From Oculina patagonica (taxonomy: Eukaryota), in contig NC_135758.1 of NCBI RefSeq assembly GCF_052425735.1, positions 36,084,001 to 36,148,000 on the forward strand: 64,000 nt of DNA, given 5' to 3'. The notes under the pieces were generated by a model that ran no database searches, had not been told where the DNA came from, and saw only the letters and a program-made list of their open reading frames with translations. Made by a program: the position numbers and the translations under genes. Shown here one piece after another: positions 10,801-21,100 of the stretch (positions are counted from its first letter, which is position 1; each line of letters begins with the position of its first letter).

Positions 10801-13800
10801 ACTGAGGGACAAGAAAATTTCACTCAAAATCTCAGTTTCTCACTAAAACGTGGGCAGATCAGATTCTACTGTTCTAAGCGGCTGTTTTCTGAAGCCGGCG
10901 TGTTGCGTGACATTGCTTTTTCAAACAAAGATCCTGATTCAAACTTTACAGGCAAAACTCTTTCAGCCTTAAGCTATTTTACTGTTCCACTGGACATGTG
11001 TTTTAACCAAAAATCAATGAGAAACGCTCCGAAGAAGCTGCGAACTTTTAGTTATCTCTTGATCTAAGCTAAAATTCTGATCAACGAATCGAAGGTGTTC
11101 TCCGATTTCACAGTTTACATTTTATTTAGTTCTAAAATTCTTGTGTGATGAATTGTTTTAAATTGCTGGCTAGATTCTCCCCTAGAATGAGAACGCCAGC
11201 TAAATTTCTAAATCTAAAGCTTATTTCGACGGACTGCCGTTTTGGAAAACCTCCGGTTTGAATAAATATTCTTATGTCTGCATTGTCTACATTTTGGTCA
11301 ATTTTATACGGTTCGTGAATCAGAATGAATTCGCCGAATTGCAAAAACGCCATAAAATTTCTTGTTATGATCTTTTGCTATAAATTTTGTTTATCGAATC
11401 GAAGTGTTCATTTCAGTGGACAGAAATTAAGCTTAAGTCAACACTGAACTTAGAACAAGTTTCTGTTCATTAACCTTTTCACACTAGTTTTCGCTCTATT
11501 TATACTTTCTTGGTATTTTAAGTCCACCTTCACTTGACACACGATTCAGTTCAAATTCCTACAGAATTTCTAAGCGCGGTAAAAAGGTTCGTGTGAATCG
11601 CATAATAAATTGTACGAGCCGCGCTTCTCAGTGTTCATTTCGCCGTGTCCAGAATAAACGACTTTATCCTAAACTCAAGTGCATATTTTTATGCTGAGAA
11701 TAGGCCAACTGTTCATTCTTGCTACATTCAGAAACCTCTTTACTTCTTTGTATTATAAAATTCGAGTGAAATTAATAGAACTCCCCATCCATTGTGTTGT
11801 TTTTTGTCGGTGTAAGTTAAGCTTACGTAGCTCATGAAGACAAAAATTTTGTATTTGCAAGCTGCACTGTTGTAACGTACAGTTCTGATTCGGAAGAAAA
11901 TTATTGTTTAATACGCAGAACCTATAAACAAAACGTGCCATGTGTTGGTCAAAACCAAGCAAGTGACTCTTAATCAAAACATAACATTTGAAGTCAGTTG
12001 TAAAATAAGGTCCGCGAAGATGACAGCTTCGCTAGACACAGTAGACATTGTCTAGATCTCTGCCTCGCTTCATATTTACAGTTTGTGAATGAAAACTCTA
12101 CGTAATTCTAATGAATCTTGCATATCTATGACCTTGCGAGTATTTGCACAGGAATTTTGCAGCCCAAATGTTCAAGGATAACGCGGAAAGTAAAAATTTT
12201 CTGACCGTGGTAATTTGCCGTGTTTGAACATGATAGCGGTTTAGTTGTTTATTTCGTCGTGTCAAAAACCGACTTTAAACTGCATATTACTTCGATTTTT
12301 TAAGGCTTTATTCATTCAAATATTCCGTTCTCCTGCTGCCTCCTAAAGCCTTTCATCTTCTAGAACTCGTTTTTGGTTTTTTGTATTTTAATCTTTTATA
12401 GTCGACTTTTGCTGCTCGTTCCGACTTCGCCGATCGATCCGCCGCGAAATCGCAGAACGTTTAAAAATATTCTTTCCGAAAAGGAAAAATTCTTATGGAT
12501 GGTTGCAGCAAAAAAGTCTTCTGTTAAATGTTTTTCTTTTAACAATGATTCATCCATTGCTTCTTAGTTTTTGCAAATAACTCATCCCAAATCGACTCAA
12601 ATAACACGAATAGTACAATTTTTAAGACCGCGTAAACCACCGTGAATCTGAAAGTTGTTCATTTCGTCGTGTTGAAAATAGATCTTATCATCCAATGTTC
12701 ATTCAAATCTTAACCGTTCTTAAACCTAGCTAATCGTTTCTTTATCTTTTTGTTTTGTTTCTGTGTTTGTTTTTTGCTTGTTTTTTTTTTTGTTTGGTTG
12801 GAGAAAGAGGGCTCATTTTTATTCCGAAAACTTTGAGCATCGAACGAGCGGCTCGTTTACGACATCGCCGATCGATCGCGCCGCGTAGTCGAAGCAGTTT
12901 TGGGAAAATTTCTCCCGTAGTTGAAGAAGTCATGGCTTGGTTAACCCTCAGTGAAATGACTAGGCAGACGAGACTTCTAATTTATGGCTTTTTTAAACAC
13001 TTATACATTCGAAGGGTTGTTTTCGCTCTCGATTTTTTTGTCCGTAATGGCGGCTGCAAAAATTTCTTGTTCGCTAAATGTTATTACACTTCTGCGTAAT
13101 AAGCAGAACGCGCGCGTTTGCTGCTTGATAAGCACATTTTAAGGGCTTATTAAGCAGAAAAGGCTACTTTTCGTGCTTATGAAGCACAAATATCGTATTT
13201 CGTGCTTAATAAGCAAAGTTGAGAGGTGAAACCTCAGTGAAACGTGCTTGTTAAGCACAAAAGACGAGTTTTGTGCTTAATAAGTTTTGTCCGGAAACAG
13301 TCTGACTGTCCGGAAACAATCTGATACCTGTTAAAAGTAACACGTTACGGTTGCTACAAAGCTAGTAACAAAATGACCGCTTTAAACAGAATAAGAACGT
13401 GCCATTTTGTGACATTTTGATAATTGAATTAGTTTTTTGTTTTTCAATAAATGATGAAAATTTACGTATTGAATAAAACAGTTCTAATGTATCAAAATGC
13501 ACGTAAATTTTTTTTGTGCAAAAAAGTGACTACGTGGGCCGCCATACACAAATAGCCCAACCCATGGCATAAACCATCCCAACAGGACAATCACCCAATT
13601 TCACCCCAAGCCACCCCATAAATCGAAAAAATAACTCCTGCACGCTTAGCGTGCCTATGTTTCTACGAGCCATCTGGAATTCTCAAGCTAACTTAGGTTT
13701 GGGCAGAGGCTTGCTGTTTTCACTGGTTTTAAAATTAATATTATTTTAGGTTACTTTTTTGGTAATTTTAGCTTGTCCACAGTCTTTGATAATTTTATAC

Positions 13801-15157
13801 ATGACAATGGTGTACTCGTGAGTTCTGTTCTTTCAGAGTCGATTTTGATGTATGATTTTCTTAAAACAAATTCCTGAAATTTTAACTAGCCATTTTGGCT
13901 AGTGAAAGCGCAGAGCCTTCTAGCCAAAACTGCATTTGTACTAGCCTGTGGCTAGTTGGCTACCGTTAGTCTCAAGCCCTGTCACTTACATCTTAGTGTC
14001 ACATACAGTTCTACACTGAGTGCAACCTGAGAAGAGAACCAATTCTACAATGTGAAAATTCTGTTAACTGGTTTTGAACTTAAATTTAATTTTTTTGTGG
14101 ATTTTTTTAAACTAATTTTTCCCTCATCTTAATATTTCAGGATATGGACGTTTTAAAAATCAAGATTACAGAGTATTTCTGGCTCTTTTAGAAGAGACAA
14201 GATTAAACAATAATGATGAAAATAAGGTGTGTCAATGAAAATATGCCGAAGAGGAGTCAATTGATAAATTTAATCAGTGTCAAAACTACAAAGTGTACAT
14301 GCATGTAGCTGATTCATTAATTTTGGTCTACTGTGCTAACAATTGAAAAATATTTATTTATTTGTGTGGTACATCTATTTGCAGAGAAAACTTGGCTTAT
14401 ACGACTTTGGTTTTGAAGCTTGGCCTGTTGACTACAAGTGGGATGAATCTAAAGCTGAGTATGTATTGGGTTACAGTTCTGGGCCCAGTGTAGTTACAAC
14501 TAGACAAAGTTTCGTAATGATCAATTTTTGTCAACTCCCAGCCCTCCCTTCCTCCCTTTTTTCAGTTTGATTGACTGTTTGAAACAGAGACCATTAGAAA
14601 GTTGTCAAAAAGATGTAGAAAAAATGTCAAAAACTTTTTAAGGTGATGGTACCATGAATCACACTTACACATCTAATGCTACCAGTGGCTGACCTAGTGG
14701 TGTCCACACGTTGACAACGCGTTTGATGGCTTGCTTATCTTCGAGCGGTACTGTATATTATGTTAGAAGTTAAGGAAACTGAAAGTTTAACTTGTACAGT
14801 CATGGGTAATAAGTATTTTATTGTTTGATGTTTATTGTTCTTTAATCTTGATTTGTGGCGTTAACATGATTTTACTTCTTTATCCTTGTTATAACTAGCC
14901 GTAGCATGCGTAGGGGATCAGAAAATGTCACTTCTCGTACCAGACCTTCTGGAATTTTGTCCCTGCTTGGATCTTGGCCAGGTGACTTTCTTAGGTAATA
15001 AACGCTCAATTATTATTAAGTTTTTCCTCATCTAATATTTGTTATCATAATCATGGTATGAAACAGAGTTCCAGCGCTTTCACCCCACAAATAGAGTCGT
15101 GATCTGAAGAAGAAACAAAGTCAAATATAAAACAACCTTATAATTTCAAACAAAATA

Positions 15158-15193
<36 letters not shown>

Positions 15194-18100
15194 CATTTCT
15201 TAGCGTTTTCTAATCTTTCTCCTTTTCAATCACTATTATAAAAATAAAAAAAAAAAATATAAATATATATATTATTTATTATTAAAAAAATATATATTAA
15301 AGAGAGAAAAAAAATTTAAAAAAATATAATATATATATATAAAATATATTTTTTTTATAAAAAAAACATATTTTATTGTATACCACAACAAAACTTCCCA
15401 TTGTACATGCATCTTCATGTCTGCTTTTTTTGCCTCTCTGATTCAGGGCTGAAAAAAAGTGCGGTCTAGTCATCCAGGATGACATGAAATTTTTCTTCTG
15501 TCGGGCAAGTGACTTTTATTCTCATCTGCCCGATGAGCAGGGGACCAGCCAAATTGTAAATCATAAAAAATTTAGTACATTAACTGTATACAACTGCCCC
15601 AGGCAAAATATTAAAAAATACATGTACCAGCATTACTGAAGCATAAAATAAACAGTACACAGTTGTAAATAGTTTAAATGTTCTTACTGATATACTGGTA
15701 GTTTAGTTTGGATTGAGACTAACCCTGTACAGATCTTCGCATCTTTAGTATTTTTATTCAGTGGCCTCGGTTAATTCCAAACTGAATAATTGTCCTTGCA
15801 TACCAAAATAAAATCAATTAACTTTGGAAGTGAACATGTACATGTACGTTGTATCAACTTCAGCTTTGACAGCAACAGTTGTAACATGATACATGTCAAA
15901 CTTTAATATTTACAGAGTTTACATTATTGTTTTCATAACAACACTATATTGATAATTTTATGTTGGGTGTTGTTATTTTCAGGTATTTTGTTGCACACTC
16001 ACTTGGTCGACCCTTGGTCTACCCTGGATCCACCGGCCTTCTGCAGAGTGGATTTGGTAAAAACAAACATTATACATCAACCCTCCAAGTTCACTTTTTT
16101 TCCTTAGTGGCCATTTGGCCACCAACTACTCAACTTTTGGTCGCCAGTGAAAAATTTTAGTCACCAAATTAAGCTGATGCTTTCAATCATTCCTCTCAAT
16201 TTTTGTCGCCAGGCTGGCGACCTTGGTTCAAATTTAGTTGCCAGCTCCAAAATTTTAGTCGCCATGGCGACTAAAATGGTCTTAACTTGGAGGGTTGTAC
16301 ATACATGTACTTCTTACTAACTCTTTAACCATGGCCCTAATAAACAGCTCATAGCTGATTGAGAAACATTTTTGTTAACCCAGCACACTCCACAAAACCA
16401 AATTCGTTAATTTCGCTGTGTAAGATGTACAAGTTGTGTTTTTGTCGTACTCCTTCTAATAACCCTTGAACTTTGTGTAAATCAGGCAATATGTTTTCAC
16501 CTTGTCTTTAACCTTTACATGTTGTCCCAGGGTGTTCATTAGGCATCGGAGATCGGAGAATTCTCCTTCTACTACGTAGAATTCTCCGGCTAAATTTCAA
16601 AGGCCTTTAACTATTTTTGTATAAAGATGCAGAACCTTTAAAAATCATTCTCCGTTTACTATACACTATTCTCCTGCTATTACAATTCTTAATGAAAACC
16701 CTGTTGTCCCCGCAGTGATTCAGTTTTTAACCTCCCTTTCACTATGCAGGTGAAGCTTTGATGACTGGAAGACAATACTTAATTGAACGTGTAAGTACTG
16801 TACATGTACACATAGACTGATAATCTTTTCTAATATTCTACATTATTATACATTAGTAGAATTACTTTGAAACATGTGATTGGTCAAGAGCATTCAGTCA
16901 ATATACAGTAGCATCTGCAGCAGATATTGGGTTATCATGTCGAGTTCAAAATCCGCCTAGTTTCCAAGCCCCTCGTCCGTGTAGTGCTGTCAAACTTTTG
17001 AAAATATGGCTGAGCGATTCGCCCCCGTTTCCGAAGAGGAATTGAAAGTTTTGATCGAGAATAAAGATTCTAAAAACACCAAGAGAACAACAAAAACAAG
17101 TGTAAAAATTCTGAATGATTATTTGAGGGAGAAGAACCTGGAGGAACCACAATATAAAACCGCTTTGGCCAATGTTCTGACGAAGTTTTACGCCGGTGCT
17201 AGAAAAAGTGATGGCAAATTGTTTGAAAACGTATAATAAAACAATTATTGAATTCGGTTTTCAAATGATATCGTGAATTATCAAAACCGAGGTCTGTGTT
17301 ATCTGCCGAAGCCGAAGCCAAAGGCTGAGGCAGATAACACAGACGTACAAGGTTTTGATAATTCACTATATCATGCTCAACCTCATCCAATAATTGCTTA
17401 GTATATGTGTAGTTGTAAGTTGTGCAATGACTTTAATTTATACATTTACACAGTTGTATAAAAAAATTATTTCTTTCGGATATTTTGTCAATTCTTGTTC
17501 AGAATGGTAAGAGAGCAAAACTAGAGGCAACTGATGGCAATGAGATAGACACCATGTTCATGGATAAAAGGACAAGTGAAGATGAGGAGAGCAAGGGGAA
17601 TACTCTGGTAAGACAATGGTGTGAGTTCAGTCTCCTCTACCGTGTTGATCTGTTATCAAGTGAACATGGATATATAGTTAGGGGATCAATGAAATAATGA
17701 GATACATGTACTAGAGAAGGTCGGCGTCCACTTCAATTAGGTAAAGTATGATCCAATGCAAGGAAACAGAGGGTCCAGATGACCAGTTAGTGCCAGAACT
17801 CACATGTGGAACTCTAATTTTGTAGCTTGAGTATTAATGCCACTCCGGCCCCCAGAAGAAAGACTACCACTGTAGGTTATCCCTAAGCATTTTGTTGTGA
17901 GAGGTACTGAATAGTGCCTCAGTCCGCCAACAGCACAATGTAGTTGCAATTATAACAACTATTTTCTACCCTATGCATCAGCACTTAAATTTCAAGGACA
18001 TTGATTAATCTCAACAGGTTATAACATGTGAAGGCAATGCAGGCTTCTATGAAGTTGGTCTCATGAGTACACCTTTAAAAGGTTTGTTTATTTTACTGTA

Positions 18101-21100
18101 CACTGTGCATCTAACTTGGGAAATTTTTCATGGATGCAACAGGTCAGGAAATGGTCAGGGAAAAAAAAATTCTTCAAGGTCAGGGAATTTAATTAAAATG
18201 AGTCAGTGAAAACTAACATATTGAAGAAAAGTCAGGGAATATTGAAACTATATCACCACTGATGTAGGCTTGGAGAAATATTTTAGGCCAGTGTGATCTC
18301 TGCAATGGTTTTTCTTAAAATTTGGAAATGGAAGTTGGAGGCCGCAACTATATCTCACATTTTACAATTTGATTTTTAGCAGGGAAAAGTCAGGAAAAAG
18401 TTAGGGAATTTTGAAAACTGATATCTGTGGCAACAATGTTTTTCTTGAGGATCAACCTGCTTGTTGTTTCATTGTCTCACGGTTTGCTGTTGTTGTTGTT
18501 CACTGTTTCGTGTATCTGTTTTAATCTGGAAATGGACAGAACTGAACCTTGTTGTTGATCACAAAGAACAGAGCTTTAATTAGACATTCGGGCCGTGAAC
18601 CTCTTTGTTTTCATTTTTTAGGGAATTTGAGAACTAGTGTAACAGTTAGTGGTGGTTAAAAATTGTCTGGTAATGTTTAACCTCCCTATTCATAACTAAA
18701 TAAATGTACCTGACCTCTGTAAGTTGTTCCTTGCTTTTTAGCTGGATATTCAGTGTTAGGATGGAATCATCCTGGTTTTGCTGGAAGCAGTGTAAGTAAA
18801 ACATATACATGTACAATTTAAATATTCTTCTTAACATCATCCTTGTTGTGTAAGTGCGCATTTGTAAAACCCAAACTAATTTTTTTGTTAATTGGAATTT
18901 TGCAGGGTTTGCCTAGCCCAGAATCTGAGAGGAATGCTATAGAAGTTGTGTTTCAATATGCTGTTGAAAAACTTGGCTTTTCAGTTTCTCAAATAGTTAT
19001 ATATGCCTGGTCAATCGGTGAGTGCTTAGATTTCTGACATCTCTTTAAACATAGCAACTTATATTCCTTCAACGTCGCATGTGTTGTCTTTTAAATTTAA
19101 ATCATGCCTCAAAGCATCAATATTTACTTTTTTCCTGGTGAACTTAAAAAACGACTTGTTTTGCTGGCTACCAAATTAGGGTTTAAAATTAAAAACTCGA
19201 ATTCCAGCTTGCCCTTCGGACAAGCAATTTTTTGCTTGCCCAGGGCTGTTGCATGCTTGTCTTAGTTTACCTTTTTTTACAGTTTCGTCGGCTACAATTT
19301 GCCTGGGCCTTGCCAATCGAGCAAGTGAGAGTGAAAAGTTACATACCTGCCAGGAAAATTTGCTTCTCTCAGATGTCCAGAACTTTTTTTAACCCTTACA
19401 AATTAATAGAGCACCTCATTTATTTCTCTACACATTTAGTTTTTTTTTGCTCAGTTGTTGTTGTTGCTAGCAAAATGTCTTTGCCATAAATAATTGTTGT
19501 TGAGTAATAAATTGTCATTTTTCTTGTCTATTTTTCTTAGGAGGTTATCCTGCAGTGTGGGCAGCAAGAGTCCACCCACAAATTGGTGGAATGGTTAGTT
19601 CATTGCTTTGTACAATAATAAGTTAATTTAGGAACAAGTGTTGTATATTCATAGTTCTTGCTCACTGTTTGTCTAGGTACTAGACGCTACATTTGATGAC
19701 ATAGTGCCTCTTGCTCAAACCAAGATGCCTGAAGCCGTTAGTAAGTCACTTTCTAAAATGATCATTTTATTAGACAATCATCTTTTATCTGTTGGTTTTT
19801 GAATTATTTGGTGCATGTTCAACTGTACAGTGTGGGAGGTGCAATAGCCTTCACCGCGGTCAAACGTTTCAGCAACCCTCCAAGTTAAGACCATTTTAGT
19901 CGCCATGGCGACTAAAATTTTGGAGCTGGCGACTAAATTTGAACCAAGGTCGCCAGCCTGGCGACTAAAATTGAGAGGAAGGATTGAAAGCATCAGCTTA
20001 ATTTGGTGACTAAATTTTTTCACTGGCGACCAAAACTTGAGTAGTTGGTGGCCAAATGGCCACTAAGGAAAAAAATAAACTTGGAGGGTTGTTCAGGCAG
20101 CTTTTCTTTCTATTTCGGGGAGTTTCGTTCATTATGAAGTGTTAGTAAGAGCAAGGATAGATAAAATAGCACCTGAGTGTAAACATATTCCCATTTCCTC
20201 AGGTAAACGAGTGTTTTTACTTTTAAATGTTCCGCATTTGAACCAAATGTAAGTGCTTTGACAAAATGGCGCCGACAAGTCCGCATATCGCTATTTTCAA
20301 ACACGTAGAACTTTTTTAGTAAAGCTCCAAAAAACTAAGTAAATCGTCAGGATACCGGTAATGTACTGAACTTTGAACTGTGAAAATTAAAACCTTATCT
20401 TTGAAGTACTTTTCTTGTTTTTTGCATATTTCTGACGTTTGACCGCGGTCGGGCAATAGCCTAATGGTTGGTGCACTGGGTTCCCAATGGCATGGGCGGG
20501 GTTTGAGCCCTGGCCGGGTCATTGTGTTGTGTTCTTGGGTAAGGTGCTTTTACTCTCATAGTGCCTCTCTCAGCCCAGTTATATATGGGCACCAGTAGTG
20601 CTGGAATAACCCTGTGATGGGCTAGCATCCCATCCAGGGGGAGTAGAAATACTCCTAGTCATTTCATGCTGTGCAAACTGGAGATATGTGTTAGCCTGAT
20701 GGGCCACAAGGCTTAAATGTAGACTTGAACTACCTCACTACAACTGTATGTACAGTAGAATCCTTTAGTCGAAGAGATTGCTGATCTACATTTTTGTAGC
20801 AGGGAACTTTGTTTAGATACTACCCTGCAACTGCTGCTGCCTCTTGTTTGCTTCAGTTGCAAGACTTCATACACGAATTATGCATTCTGTTTACAGGTGG
20901 TTTTACAACAAGAGTTGTAAAGGAATATTTTTATCTCGACATCGCTCGTCTGCTGTGCAGGTATTGGACATTTGAAACCTCCATGTTACTCATGATCTAA
21001 AAAGCTTGCCCTGTCAAGCTATAATGTCAACACACCAATTCTCTGTACTACTCTAGTCATGTTCGTGGGCTTCATGCCTGTAATTTATGGTTTGTTATTT

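Larger units (their letters stand above)
3790..13661 (+). mobile_element. Non-autonomous Helentron/Helitron2-type (DINE-1/HINE-like) element, about 2.4 kb of its own sequence, interrupted by two insertions
   Basis: Perfect 13-bp subterminal inverted repeats GAGTTATTTTTTC (3791-3803) and GAAAAAATAACTC (13625-13637). A partial inverted copy sits next to the 5' one (3804-3814), a 3' stem-loop GCACGC-TTA-GCGTGC follows at 13640-13654, and the element is inserted in a T-run without a TSD. Confidence 0.8.
3728..13981 (-). mobile_element. hAT-like MITE split in two (3728-3790 and 13661-13981) by the Helentron
   Basis: TIRs AGGGCTCTAGACTAA and TTAGTCTCAAGCCCTG, with TCACTTA duplicated on both flanks. 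The joined halves match the reverse complement of the intact copy at 42665-43052. Confidence 0.85.
19833..20735 (+). mobile_element. tRNA-derived SINE, interrupted near its 5' end
   Basis: Joined sequence GGGAGGTGCAATAGCCT-AATGGTTGGTGCACTGG (A-box-like), then GGTTTGAGCCC (B-box-like) and a SINE body. A degenerate relative lies near 54070-54330. Confidence 0.7.

Noticed and set aside
6496-13099. Mirrored ORF pairs (64-114 aa) in the palindrome read as duplicated genes
   Set aside because: They follow from the inverted symmetry, have no motifs, and are broken differently by homopolymer indels in the two arms.
20450-20520. tRNA gene
   Set aside because: Degenerate boxes continue into a SINE body, so this is a SINE head.
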